NCBI GenBank assembly: GCA_963744995.1
Contig: CAVUWA010000009.1
Coordinates: 416,001-480,000 of the forward strand
From: Candidatus Eiseniibacteriota bacterium
GTDB taxonomy: Bacteria; Eisenbacteria; RBG-16-71-46
DNA: 64,000 nucleotides
Reading direction: 5' to 3'
Of this stretch, positions 18,824 through 28,917 are shown piece after piece. The notes under the pieces are model-generated. The model made no database searches. It worked only from the letters and a program-made list of their open reading frames with translations, and was not told where the DNA came from. The number at the start of each line of letters is the position of its first letter. Within the stretch, counting starts at the first letter, position 1. The position numbers and the translations under genes were made by a program.

Positions 18824-19621
18824 CTATACTGCGGCGCTTCCGCGCATGCCCTGCGTGCCGGATGATTCGGCATCGCGGCGCGCGACGACTCCCCAGTGGC
18901 GGCCCGTACGGCCCGCGTCGCGACGATGCGAGAAATACCATTCCGGAGTGCAGGCGGTGCAGGCGGAAGCCTCGTAGAGGGCGGCCGCCGCGACGCCCGC
19001 ATCCATCAGCTGAACGCGAATCGCGGTGGGAAGATCCAGATGATGCCGGGAATTCACCAGAGTGACGGCGGCCGCCGGGAAGAGGCGCGCGACTTCCGCC
19101 CCGACCTCGTAGCAGCAGCCGCCGATGCACGGTCCCACGGCGACGCGCAGGGCGCCGGCGCTCATGCCGGCGCGGCGGGCGAGCGCCCCTGCGGCGAGCG
19201 CCGGCAGCCGCAGCGCGGCGCCGCGCCAGCCGGCGTGCACGGCCGCCACCCATTCCCCCGCGACGAACACGACCGGGGCGCAGTCGGCCGCGGTCACGGC
19301 CAGCGCGAGGCCGGGCGCACGGGTCATGAGGGCGTCGCACTCCGGGACGTGGCCGGGGCCGAAGACCTCGGCGATGCGGTCCCCGTGCACCTGGCCGGCG
19401 GTCGCGACCCGCGCGGGATCGAGGGTCAGCGCACGCAACAGGCGACCGCGGTTCTTCTGAACCAGGGCGGGATCGTCCTCGGTCGAACGGCCGAGATTCA
19501 AAGTGTCGAAAGGCGGGGGGCTCACGCCACCCCGGCGGGTCGAGAAGCCGTACACGGCGTCCGGATCCGGCGTTCGCGGCCGCCAGCAGGGAACGAGCGA
19601 TGCGTCATCGAGATGCAGCAT
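18824..19621 (-). CDS. pgeF: YfiH/PgeF-family (laccase-domain) purine nucleoside phosphorylase / peptidoglycan editing factor
   Basis: FSTRRGGVS..P, LNLG, QVHG, TAADC.PV, HAGWRG, GPCI..CCYEVG, CT.C...FSHRR motifs. Confidence 0.9.
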   Translation of the reverse strand: MLHLDDASLVPCWRPRTPDPDAVYGFSTRRGGVSPPPFDTLNLGRSTEDDPALVQKNRGRLLRALTLDPARVATAGQVHGDRIAEVFGPGHVPECDALMTRAPGLALAVTAADCAPVVFVAGEWVAAVHAGWRGAALRLPALAAGALARRAGMSAGALRVAVGPCIGGCCYEVGAEVARLFPAAAVTLVNSRHHLDLPTAIRVQLMDAGVAAAALYEASACTACTPEWYFSHRRDAGRTGRHWGVVARRDAESSGTQGMRGSAAV

Positions 19622-19689
19622 GGGACGCGGACGCTAGGGATCGGGCCGGTCGCGCGTCAAGGTCATCCACGATGAGGAAGGAACACCGC

Positions 19690-22644
19690 ATGCAGAAGAC
19701 GAGGCGGCAGCTCGCCGCTGCCGGCGTGATGATGCTCGCGTGCGGGGTATGGAGTGCCGCGGCGCGCCCGACGTCCGCCGCCAGCTCCGATCCCACCGTC
19801 GCCCGCGTGGGCCGGCTGGACATCAGCCGCGCGGAACTCGAAGACCGCTTCAGCCAGGCGCGCGCCGCCTACCGGGGCCGCACCGGCCAGGCCCTGCCCG
19901 AGGCGGTGGTGCCCACGTTTCGCCGCACCGTGCTCGAGCAGCTCATCCGCGCGCGCCTGCTGATGCTCGAGGCCGAGAAGGAAGGGCGCCTGGTGTCGGA
20001 GGAGGACGCCGAGGCGGAACTCAGCAAGTCGCCGTTCTTCAGCGAGGACGGGCATTTCGTTCCATCGAAACTGGCCGCGGCGAAGCGCAACGATCCGAAG
20101 GCATTCGCGGCGGCGCTCGCGGACGCCCGCCTGCGGCTCTCCGGGGCGCGTCTGCAGGAGCGGATCGAACGGCGCTTCGCGCCCGACGAAGCGAAGCTGA
20201 GGGCTGCGATCATGCGCCAGCTCACCACCGCCTCGCTCGATGCGCTGGTGCTGTCCTACGACGACTACGACGGCCGCGGCGCGGAGCCCAGCGAGCGCGA
20301 CGTTCTCGACTACTACGCCGGACACAAGGCCGAGTTCGAGCGTCCCGCGCACGCGAAGATCACGGTGCTGTCGGTCGAACCCATCCCGGCCGACGACGAG
20401 GGCGCCGCCAGCCGTCAGGCGCGCGACGCCCACGTGCGCGAGCGCGCCGACAGTCTGCTCGCCGCTGCCCGCGACGGCACGCCGCTCGCGTCCCTGGCCG
20501 GAACGGCGCGGCTGCAGGAGGGACTCGACGTCAGCCGCGGCAACTTCCCCGGTCTGTGGCGCGGCGACGACCGCGCGCGCAACGCGGTCTTTTCGAGCCG
20601 TCCGGGCGAGCTGCTGCCGGTGCTCGTGCCGGGCCGCGACGGCTGGCTGATCGTGCGCGTGGACGAGGTCTCGCAGCGTGCGCCCGCACCGCTCGTCGAC
20701 GTCGCCCGCGACATCCGCGCCAGGTTGCGTGCCGCGCGTCGCTCCGGTTCGAGCGACGCGGAGCTGCGCCGCGACTACGACGACATGCGGGACGAGCTGG
20801 CCGGTCCGGCGGTACGGGTGCGCTACGCCCTCTTCGACAGCAGTCGGATCGAGGTGGCCAGACCCTCATCCACCGATCTGGATCGCTACTACCGCGGTCA
20901 TCTGGCCGACTACTCGAGCTTCGACGCCGCACGCGGCGCCATCCGGCAGAAGCCTTTCGAAGAGGTGCGCGAGGACGTGCAGGCGCGCTGGCTGCGCGAG
21001 CGCCGGATCGTCGAGGCCCGCGCCGCAGGCGAGCGCACGCTCGATGCGTGGCGGAGCGGACGTCGCGACCGGCGTACCGAGAAGCGTGCCGCGCTGCTGC
21101 GCGAGACCGGCCCGGTCGCGGTGGGGAGCCCCGTCGATACGCTGCGGTTCGGCGCGCTGCTCGGCGACACGGTCAGCGCCCGCGGCGCGCGCGAGGGAAC
21201 CGGCATGATCGCCGTGCCGGGCGGCGTGCTGGTGTTCCAGATGTTCGATCATCGCGACGGCTACGTGCCCCCGTTCGAGGCCGTGCGCCAGCGGGTCGAG
21301 GCTCGTCACGCCAGGCGACTCGCGGCGGAGGAGACGGAGGCCGCGCGGCGGATGTTCGAAGCGGACCCCATGGCGTTCGCGCACGACAGCACGGTGCATT
21401 TCTCGCGGCTCGTCGTCCCGCAGCCGCCGCCGATCGACGTGCCGCTCACCCGCGCCGAGGTCGAGCGCTACCACGCCGAGCACATCGACAGATACTCCGC
21501 GCCGGAGGTGGTCTCCCTGCGCCAGATCCTGGTCGTGCCCAGCGGACCGGGTCCGGGCCCGGATCAGGCGGCCCGTCTCAAGGCCGAGGGCCTGCTGCGC
21601 CGTGTCCGGGCAGGAGAGGACTTCAACGACCTCGCGCAGAAGTTCAGCGACGATCTCGCCACCCGCGAATCGGGCGGCGACCTCGGCACGTTCGGACGCG
21701 GTGTACTGGCGCCTGCGATCGAGAAGGTCGCGTTCGCGCTGCGCCCCGGCGACGTCAGCGATCTGGTCCATACTTCGCAGGGCTACCACATCCTCAAGTG
21801 CACCGGTTACGAACCCATGCAGGCGCGTCCGCTCGTGCAGGTGTACGCCAACGTGGGCTTCGAGGCGGCGATGGAGAAAGCCGTTCCGATCGCGCGTGCG
21901 CGGGCCGACAGCCTGATGCGGCACATCCACTCGCCGGAAGACGCCATCCGGATCGCTGCGTCGCAGAAGCTGGCCCTCTATCACAACACCAAGGCGATCG
22001 GTGAGGCCGCGGGGACGCCGGAGCTCGAGGCCTATTTCGACCGTCTCGACGAGCTGCGCCCCGGCCAGTTCTACCCGACGCCGGTCCATGTGCGCGGGCA
22101 GGGTTTCGCGATCACCTGGATCGACAGCATCACCCCCCCGCGCAAGCCGCGGTTCGAGGACGTCCGGTCGCAGGTGATCGCCGAATACCGCCGGGTGAAC
22201 GGCGCGCACGCGCTGGAAGCGAAGCGAAGGGAGCTCGAGCGCATGGCGGCAGCGGGGTGGTCGCTCGACAGCCTCGCGACCCTCTTCGGGGGCCTCACCC
22301 GGGTGGACGGCCTCCATGCCGGCGACGGTCTGCAGGGATTCGGCGGCGCCGCGCAGATCGACTCGCTCATCTTCGGCAACGACCAGGCGCCCGCGCTGCA
22401 GCCGGGCGAGACCTCGGGCTGGGTGGCCTGTGCGAGTGGTCTGGTGCGGGTGAGGCTGGTCGCGCGCCACGCGCCACCGCCCGGCGAGCTGGCCGCGCGG
22501 CTCGAACGCGACCGCCGCAAGGAACTCGAGCGCAGCCTCTACTACTACTACGAGGGCCTGAAGCGCGACTACAACGTGCAGATCCGGGACCCGGACCTGG
22601 CCGCGCTCGCGCTGCCGCCCCCGACCGGGGCCGATCTGAAGTAG
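19690..22644 (+). CDS. Large periplasmic parvulin-type peptidyl-prolyl isomerase/chaperone (PpiD/SurA-like)
   Basis: SurA_N-like start and one intact PpiC domain (GEDFNDLAQKFSDD...GGDLG...GYHILK), plus degenerate repeats (PFEEVR, PFEAVR, RFEDVR). Confidence 0.75.
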   Translation: MQKTRRQLAAAGVMMLACGVWSAAARPTSAASSDPTVARVGRLDISRAELEDRFSQARAAYRGRTGQALPEAVVPTFRRTVLEQLIRARLLMLEAEKEGRLVSEEDAEAELSKSPFFSEDGHFVPSKLAAAKRNDPKAFAAALADARLRLSGARLQERIERRFAPDEAKLRAAIMRQLTTASLDALVLSYDDYDGRGAEPSERDVLDYYAGHKAEFERPAHAKITVLSVEPIPADDEGAASRQARDAHVRERADSLLAAARDGTPLASLAGTARLQEGLDVSRGNFPGLWRGDDRARNAVFSSRPGELLPVLVPGRDGWLIVRVDEVSQRAPAPLVDVARDIRARLRAARRSGSSDAELRRDYDDMRDELAGPAVRVRYALFDSSRIEVARPSSTDLDRYYRGHLADYSSFDAARGAIRQKPFEEVREDVQARWLRERRIVEARAAGERTLDAWRSGRRDRRTEKRAALLRETGPVAVGSPVDTLRFGALLGDTVSARGAREGTGMIAVPGGVLVFQMFDHRDGYVPPFEAVRQRVEARHARRLAAEETEAARRMFEADPMAFAHDSTVHFSRLVVPQPPPIDVPLTRAEVERYHAEHIDRYSAPEVVSLRQILVVPSGPGPGPDQAARLKAEGLLRRVRAGEDFNDLAQKFSDDLATRESGGDLGTFGRGVLAPAIEKVAFALRPGDVSDLVHTSQGYHILKCTGYEPMQARPLVQVYANVGFEAAMEKAVPIARARADSLMRHIHSPEDAIRIAASQKLALYHNTKAIGEAAGTPELEAYFDRLDELRPGQFYPTPVHVRGQGFAITWIDSITPPRKPRFEDVRSQVIAEYRRVNGAHALEAKRRELERMAAAGWSLDSLATLFGGLTRVDGLHAGDGLQGFGGAAQIDSLIFGNDQAPALQPGETSGWVACASGLVRVRLVARHAPPPGELAARLERDRRKELERSLYYYYEGLKRDYNVQIRDPDLAALALPPPTGADLK

Positions 22645-22818
22645 GGTCGCACCGCGCAGCGTCGTCGCGTTCCGCACGGGGCCTCCCGGACCCCGTTGCG
22701 TTTCGCCCGCCCGGGCGGGCGGCGGCCGGAGCGCGTTCTGCGCATCCGGCCCGCGGATGGCGTCGGCAGGCGATGGTATGGTCCGTGCAAGCCGGGTGAG
22801 TACATTCACCCAACTCCC

Positions 22819-24156
22819 ATGGCCACACACTCCTCGACCCTGACGGACGACGCGCGCAGGCGCAGGCTGGTTCTGATCGACTTCGATTGGGCCGATGCCG
22901 ACCTGCTGCCCGAACTCCTGGCTCAGCCCGACGTGTCGGTGCGGCTCGTCGCAGGCGAGCGCAACGACGACGCCGGACTGCGCGTCGCCGAGTTGTGCGG
23001 TCTGCCGCGCACGATGGACCTCGCCGATCTGACCCGCGAGATCTTCGACCTCGCCCTGGTCGGCGAGCGCAGCGTGCGCCGCACCCAGATCGAAGGTCTG
23101 CTGCAGGCGCTCGGCACCCCGTGCGCGTCTCCGCAGTCGTACCTGCAGGGCAGCCCCGACGGCCAGCAGTGCGGTCCCGCCATCGAGGCGCCGCTGGCGA
23201 TGCACGCGGCTGCCTTCGAGGATGCGCTGGGCGGCGACGAATTCGACGCCATCATGGAGCACACGCTGCCCGACATGGGGGAGGCGGCGCCGACGGTTCC
23301 GCAGCCCGTTCGGCCCGCGGCCAAGCCGGGTGTCGTGGTCGGCACGCTCGAGGACTTCCCGTCCCCGGACGACCGCATGCGCCTGCGCGACGCGCTCGCC
23401 GGCATGGCGCAATCGACCGGCGCCGAACACGCGGAGCTGCACGCCGGCAGGGGCGGCGACCTCGAGCTTCTCGCGAGGGTCGGGCTGGAGGATCCGTTGC
23501 TGCGCGGCCTGGTGGAGAAGGCGCTGAGCTCGAACATGGCGCAGGTGGTGAGCCAGCTGTCCGGGCCCGAGCAGGGCAAGGCATGGGGCGCGTGGCCGTT
23601 CCAGACCACCAACCGCAACGGCGTCGTCGCCGCAGCCGGCATCAACCCCGGCGAGGGCTGGACCGAATGGGAGCGGCTGGTCGGCGAAATCCGCACGACG
23701 TGGGATCAGCAGGATCGCGATCTCGCGAGCCCCGCGTTCCCCATGGTTCCGGACCGGGTCGCGGGCTGGCTCGAAGTGGACGCGTTCATGACGCGGCTGA
23801 ATCTCGCCGTCGAACGCAACGGTCGTGACGGGTTGCACTTCTCGGTGCACCGCCTGGAATTCTCCGACGCTCCGCATTGCGTCGAAGATCTCTGTCAGAA
23901 GCTCCCGCAGCAGCTGCGCGACACCGATTGCATCTGCCATCCGGCGCCGCGGATCGTTCTGCTGCTGACTGCAGGCGCTCATGCGTCCTTCCCGCACGTC
24001 CGGCGCAGGTTGCTGGCCCTGTGGGAACAGGCGTGGCACGACGGCCGCCAGCCGTCGCCCGCGCCGCCGATCACGGGCGAGCGCGTCGACCTGACCGGAC
24101 CGGAAGACGCCGCGGCGTTCGTTTCGACCGTGGGGCGCTGGCTCGACCGGACCTGA
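22819..24156 (+). CDS. Hypothetical signalling protein with C-terminal degenerate GGDEF-like domain
   Basis: C-terminus D.VAGWL...F..RL..AVER..R...FS....LRDTD follows the GGDEF pattern but has no GG(D/E)EF. Confidence 0.55.
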   Translation: MATHSSTLTDDARRRRLVLIDFDWADADLLPELLAQPDVSVRLVAGERNDDAGLRVAELCGLPRTMDLADLTREIFDLALVGERSVRRTQIEGLLQALGTPCASPQSYLQGSPDGQQCGPAIEAPLAMHAAAFEDALGGDEFDAIMEHTLPDMGEAAPTVPQPVRPAAKPGVVVGTLEDFPSPDDRMRLRDALAGMAQSTGAEHAELHAGRGGDLELLARVGLEDPLLRGLVEKALSSNMAQVVSQLSGPEQGKAWGAWPFQTTNRNGVVAAAGINPGEGWTEWERLVGEIRTTWDQQDRDLASPAFPMVPDRVAGWLEVDAFMTRLNLAVERNGRDGLHFSVHRLEFSDAPHCVEDLCQKLPQQLRDTDCICHPAPRIVLLLTAGAHASFPHVRRRLLALWEQAWHDGRQPSPAPPITGERVDLTGPEDAAAFVSTVGRWLDRT

Positions 24157-24207
24157 ACGACCGCCTGTTGCGCGGGCCCGGGGGGCGTGGCATGGTAATC
24201 GCCCTCC

Positions 24208-25977
24208 ATGAACGTCACCGCGCACCGCTCCATCCGCCGCCTCGAGCCCGACACCGCCTCGCGCATCGCCGCGGGTGAGGTGATCGAACGGCCCCTCTCG
24301 GCGCTCAAGGAACTGATCGAGAACGCGCTGGATGCCGGCGCGCGCGCGATCGAGGTGCGTGCCGGTCGCTCGCTCGACGAGGTGTTCCAGGTCGCCGATG
24401 ACGGCACGGGAATCGCCGCCGCCGAGATCGAGCTCGCGCTCGAACGGCACGCGACCAGCAAGATCGCAGCGCTCGAGGACCTGCACCGGCTGACGACGCT
24501 CGGATTCCGCGGCGAGGCGCTGCCGAGCATTGCCGCGGTCAGCCGGATGAAGATCACGACGCGGACCCGCGACGCGGAAGCCGCGACCGAGGTCGAGGTC
24601 GAGGCGGGAAAGGTGACGCGGCGCGGCCAGGCCGCCCGCGCGCCCGGCACCACCATCGTGGTGCGCGACCTGTTCCACAACCTGCCCGCGCGCCGCAAGT
24701 TCCTGAACTCGCCGGCCGGCGAGCTGCGCGCCGCGCTGCGGCTGATGGAGGCGATGGCGCTCGCCTACCCGGAAACGGCGTTCCGCATGGTGGTCGACGG
24801 CCGCCAGCGCTTCGACTGGCCGGCGGTGGCGACGCGCCGTGAGCGCGCCGCGGCGCTCTGGGGCGCGCGCCATGCGGAGCAGTGGATCGAGGCGGTGGGC
24901 GAGCGCGAGGGCCTGGTGGTCGAAGGCCTGCTGGGCCTGCCCGAGCACGCCCGCTCGACGCGGGAGGGACAGATCTTCCTCATCAACCGCCGCTGGGTGC
25001 AGGCACCGATGCTGGCCTCGGCGCTGCGCCAGGCCTACGGCGATCTGCTCCCCGGGGGCCGTTTCCCTGCCGCGGTGATCTGGCTGTCGGTGCCGCCCGA
25101 ACGGCTCGACGTGAACGTGCACCCCACCAAGCGCGAGGTTCGCTTCGCACAGGAAGACCCGGTGTTCTCGCTGGTCAGCGCCGCCTGCGCCGCCCCGCTC
25201 GCCGGACTCCATCCGCCGTTCACGGTGGTGCGCGGCGGTGGGCCCGAACCGCGCTGGGCGGACCGGGTCCGCGAGCAGCCGCAGCGGGGCGGGCAGATGG
25301 GGCTCGAGCGCCTGTTCGAACGCGACCCAGCGGACCCGGCGGCGGACCCCGTGCCCCCGGTGGCGGCTCCGGTGCCGCCGGCCACGGCGACCCGGGCGGC
25401 GGAGACCGATGCGGAGTTCTGGCAACTGCACCGCACCTATATTCTCGCGCCGGTGCGCGGCGGACTGATCATCGTGGACCAGCATGCCGCGCACGAGCGG
25501 ATCCTCTACGAGGAGGCGCTGGCGCGCATGGCCGGCGGCCGCGGCAGCTCGCAGCAATTGCTGTTCCCGGCGCTCGTCGACCTCTCACGCGATCAGTTCG
25601 AGCTGCTGCTCGAGCTCGGACCGTGGCTCGGGCAGCTGGGCTGGGACCTTTCGCCGCTCGGGCCGCCGACGGTGGTGATCCAGGGCATTCCCGCGGGGCT
25701 GCGCCACGAGCAGCCCGGACAACTGCTGCAGGACCTCCTCGACGGCCTGGGCGAGGACTCGGGGCGCAGCGCCGACGAGGACATCGCCGAACGTCTGGCG
25801 CGCTCCTACGCGTGCCACGCGGCGACCCGTGCGGGGGACCGGCTCAGCCAGCTGGAGATGCGGACGCTCGTCGACCGTCTGTTCGCGACCAGCAAGCCGC
25901 ACGGCGATCCGCACGGCCGCGCCACGTTCGTCCGCCTCGACCTCGAGGATCTGCACCGGCGCTTCGGCCGGAGCTGA
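24208..25977 (+). CDS. mutL: DNA mismatch repair endonuclease MutL
   Basis: IAAGEVIERP, KELIENALDAGA, RHATSK, GFRGEALPSI, DVNVHPTK, DQHAAHER endonuclease motif. Confidence 0.97.
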   Translation: MNVTAHRSIRRLEPDTASRIAAGEVIERPLSALKELIENALDAGARAIEVRAGRSLDEVFQVADDGTGIAAAEIELALERHATSKIAALEDLHRLTTLGFRGEALPSIAAVSRMKITTRTRDAEAATEVEVEAGKVTRRGQAARAPGTTIVVRDLFHNLPARRKFLNSPAGELRAALRLMEAMALAYPETAFRMVVDGRQRFDWPAVATRRERAAALWGARHAEQWIEAVGEREGLVVEGLLGLPEHARSTREGQIFLINRRWVQAPMLASALRQAYGDLLPGGRFPAAVIWLSVPPERLDVNVHPTKREVRFAQEDPVFSLVSAACAAPLAGLHPPFTVVRGGGPEPRWADRVREQPQRGGQMGLERLFERDPADPAADPVPPVAAPVPPATATRAAETDAEFWQLHRTYILAPVRGGLIIVDQHAAHERILYEEALARMAGGRGSSQQLLFPALVDLSRDQFELLLELGPWLGQLGWDLSPLGPPTVVIQGIPAGLRHEQPGQLLQDLLDGLGEDSGRSADEDIAERLARSYACHAATRAGDRLSQLEMRTLVDRLFATSKPHGDPHGRATFVRLDLEDLHRRFGRS

Positions 25978-25981
25978 GCCC

Positions 25982-26929
25982 GTGAGCGCGCCGCGCGCCG
26001 GGGAAGGGACGGCGCCCGTGGGTCCCCGGATCGTCGCCATCGTCGGCGAAACCGCCACGGGAAAGACCGATGTCGGCGAAGCGGTGGCCGACGCGCTGGG
26101 CGGCGATGTGGTGTGCGCCGATTCGCGTCAGGTATTCGCGGAACTTGACGTCGGCACCGGCAAGCCGGACCGCTTCGCCCGCGCCGCGCGTGCACATCAT
26201 CTGTTCGACGCACTGCACGTGGGTGAATCCGCGAGCGCGGGCTGGTACCTGGAGGCGGTGCGCGCCACGTGCGCGGCGATTCACGCCCGCGGGCGGACGC
26301 CGGTGCTGGTCGGCGGCTCGGGGCTGTATCTGGAGGCGGCACGTTCCGGCATCGCCGCGGCGCCGCCTTCGGATCCGGTGCGGCGCGCGGCACTCGCCGA
26401 GGCGGCCGCGCGCGCAGGCCCGGAGGCACTGCACGCGCGGCTCGCGCGCGGCGATCCGGAGACCGCGGCGCGGCTCGCACCGCGCGACGCGCAGCGCATC
26501 GTGCGCGCGCTCGAGGTACTGGAGGCGAGCGGGCGCCCGCTGTCCTGGTGGCATCGCCAGCCGCATGCCGCGCCGGTCGCCGGCGACTGGCGGATCTTCC
26601 AGGTGAGCGGCCCGCTCGAATGGCTGCGTGCCCGCATCGAACGGCGCACGGCGTGGATGTTCGCGAGCGGACTCATCGAGGAAACCCGCGCGCTGCTCGC
26701 TTCCGAACGCGGGCCGGCGCTGCGCCAGCTGCGCGCCATCGGCTACGACGAAGCCATCCTGCTCCTCGAGGGCCACCTCGATCGCACCGCCGCGGAGGCG
26801 CGCACCACCCTGCGCACGATCCAGTTCGCGAAGCGCCAGCGGACCTGGTTCAGACATCGGGGGCACGCGCGGGCGATCGCGCCGGAGGGTGCCGTTGCCG
26901 CCATCCGACAGATGTTGCGCTTCCCCTGA
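25982..26929 (+). CDS. miaA: tRNA dimethylallyltransferase
   Basis: GETATGKT, DSRQV, GTGKP, VGGSGLYL, RIVRALEV, AIGY, FAKRQRTWF motifs; follows mutL. Confidence 0.95.
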   Translation: MSAPRAGEGTAPVGPRIVAIVGETATGKTDVGEAVADALGGDVVCADSRQVFAELDVGTGKPDRFARAARAHHLFDALHVGESASAGWYLEAVRATCAAIHARGRTPVLVGGSGLYLEAARSGIAAAPPSDPVRRAALAEAAARAGPEALHARLARGDPETAARLAPRDAQRIVRALEVLEASGRPLSWWHRQPHAAPVAGDWRIFQVSGPLEWLRARIERRTAWMFASGLIEETRALLASERGPALRQLRAIGYDEAILLLEGHLDRTAAEARTTLRTIQFAKRQRTWFRHRGHARAIAPEGAVAAIRQMLRFP

Positions 26930-27057
26930 AGCGGCCACGTGCGGGCGCCGGCGCGGCCGCGGCGTGGCGCCTTTCATTTGCGTGCGGCGAGCGGTAGCAT
27001 GCGGGCGGTGCCGCCCGCCATGGCGGCGAACGCCGCACCGCGGCAGGAGGATCGCGC

Positions 27058-27402
27058 ATGGCCAGAGTCACAAGAAAGGACGAGGGGGACGTCACCGTGC
27101 TCACCCTGAAGGGCAGCTTCTTCGGGGACACGGAAACCGACGAGCTCATGCAGGCATTCAACGACCTGGTGGCGAAGGACAACCGCAAGGTCGTTCTGGA
27201 CTTCTCGGGCTGCGAGGCCATGAACTCGCTGGCGATCTCGGTGCTCATGCGCGCCCACGCGAACTACGCGAAGCGCTCCGGTGAGATCAAGGTCTGCGGG
27301 CTCGACAAGCGGATCAAGTCGACCTTCGTGATGACCAAACTGATCCTGGTCTTCGACCACCACGACACCGTCGCGCAGGCCATGGCCGCGTTCGCCGGCT
27401 GA
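27058..27402 (+). CDS. STAS-domain anti-sigma-factor antagonist
   Basis: VVLDFSGCEAMNSLAISVL, IKVCGL; 114 aa; AGGAGG RBS. Confidence 0.88.
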   Translation: MARVTRKDEGDVTVLTLKGSFFGDTETDELMQAFNDLVAKDNRKVVLDFSGCEAMNSLAISVLMRAHANYAKRSGEIKVCGLDKRIKSTFVMTKLILVFDHHDTVAQAMAAFAG

Positions 27403-27417
27403 GCGCCGCACGGTCGA

Positions 27418-27446
27418 TTGACACCCCTCGGGCGGGGCCCTAGCTT
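27418..27446 (+). promoter_or_regulatory. Sigma-70-type promoter for tRNA-Gly/der operon
   Basis: TTGACA-N17-TAGCTT, 30 nt upstream of the tRNA. Confidence 0.75.
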
Positions 27447-27476
27447 AGAACGTCCTTGCCTTTCGGGCCGCTCCGG

Positions 27477-27552
27477 GCGGGCATAGCTCAGTTGGTAGAG
27501 CGCGAGCTTCCCAAGCTTGAGGTCGCGGGTTCGAACCCCGTTGCCCGCTCCA
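27477..27552 (+). tRNA. tRNA-Gly(CCC)
   Basis: GCGGGCA/TGCCCGC acceptor stem, anticodon loop TT-CCC-AA, GGTTCGAAC T-loop, encoded CCA. Confidence 0.97.
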
Positions 27553-27606
27553 TGCTTCCTTCGGCGGCGCGCCGGACGCTCCCGGCGCGCCGCACTTTTC
27601 GAGACC

Positions 27607-28917
27607 ATGCCGATCCCCGTCGTCGTCATCATCGGTCGTCCCAACGTGGGCAAGTCCACGTTCTTCAACCGCGTGCTCGGCGAGCGCCGCGCGGTGGTGG
27701 ACGACCGCCCCGGCATTACCCGCGATCGCAACGCGGTCCGCGCCGAGTGGACCGGACGCTCGTTCCTGCTGGTGGATACGGGCGGCTTCCTGCCCGCCGC
27801 CGCGGAGGGCCGCGACGCCGAGGTCCGCAAGCAGGCCGAAATGGCGATCGGACTGGCCCACGTGGTCGTGTTCATGGTGGACGCACACACCGGGGCCACC
27901 GACCTCGACGCGGCGATCGCTCAGAACCTGCGCCGCCGTGACCGCCCGGCGCTGCTCGTGGTGAACAAAGTCGATAAGCCCCTCGATCCGATCGTGCACG
28001 ACTTCCACCGCTTCGGGATCGGCGAGCCGATTCCGATCAGTGCCGAGGGCGGAACCGGCATCGGCGATCTGCTCGACCGGATCGTGGCGCTGCTGCCGGC
28101 GGATGACGGGGGAGCGGAGGCGCCCGCCACGCGGATCGCGATCGTCGGCCGCCCGAACGTCGGCAAGTCGTCGCTCACCAACGCGCTGCTCGGCGAGGAC
28201 CGGATGATCGTCGAGGCCAGCCCGGGCACCACGCTCGATCCGATCGATACGGCGTGGAAGACGCCGGTCGGCGAATTCGTGCTCGTCGACACGGCCGGCA
28301 TCCGCAGGCAGGCGCACTTTCGCGAGCAGTCGGAGTTCTACGCGATCATGCGGGCGCTCGGCGCACTGCAGCGCGCGGACATCGCCTGCCTGGTCGTGGA
28401 CAGCGTCGAAGGGTTCCATCGCCAGGAGGCGCGTCTCGCACACCATGCGCTCGAGGCCGGCTGTTCCGTGCAGCTCGTCTACAACAAGTGGGATCTGATC
28501 GAGGACCGCGAGCTGGCATGGAAGGCGGCGCTCAAAGAGCGTGCGAGCCGCTATCCGACGCTCGCCGATCTGCCGGCGATCCCGGTCTCCGCGACCGGCG
28601 GTCAGCATCTGCACCGGCTGCCGAAAGTGCTGTTCGATCGCGTCGCCGAACACCGCCGCACGATTTCGACCCGCGACCTCAACGCATGGCTCGAAGAGGT
28701 GCAGCAGAAGCGACAGGTGCCCAGCAACCGCGTCGGCAAGTCGCCGAAGATCTACTACCTCACCCAGACCGGAACCGGTCCACCTGCGTTCACCCTGTTC
28801 GTGAATGCGCCGTCGCGGCTGAGCGAGAACTATCGCAGGTTTCTCTGGCTTCAGTTCACGAAGCACTTTAAGTTCGCCGGAACTCCGGTGCGTCTGCGCG
28901 TGAGGAAGAGCGAATGA
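27607..28917 (+). CDS. der: Ribosome biogenesis GTPase Der (EngA)
   Basis: Two GRPNVGKS P-loops, DTGG/DTAG, NKVD/NKWD, KH-like C-terminus (F.GTPVRL). Confidence 0.97.
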   Translation: MPIPVVVIIGRPNVGKSTFFNRVLGERRAVVDDRPGITRDRNAVRAEWTGRSFLLVDTGGFLPAAAEGRDAEVRKQAEMAIGLAHVVVFMVDAHTGATDLDAAIAQNLRRRDRPALLVVNKVDKPLDPIVHDFHRFGIGEPIPISAEGGTGIGDLLDRIVALLPADDGGAEAPATRIAIVGRPNVGKSSLTNALLGEDRMIVEASPGTTLDPIDTAWKTPVGEFVLVDTAGIRRQAHFREQSEFYAIMRALGALQRADIACLVVDSVEGFHRQEARLAHHALEAGCSVQLVYNKWDLIEDRELAWKAALKERASRYPTLADLPAIPVSATGGQHLHRLPKVLFDRVAEHRRTISTRDLNAWLEEVQQKRQVPSNRVGKSPKIYYLTQTGTGPPAFTLFVNAPSRLSENYRRFLWLQFTKHFKFAGTPVRLRVRKSE

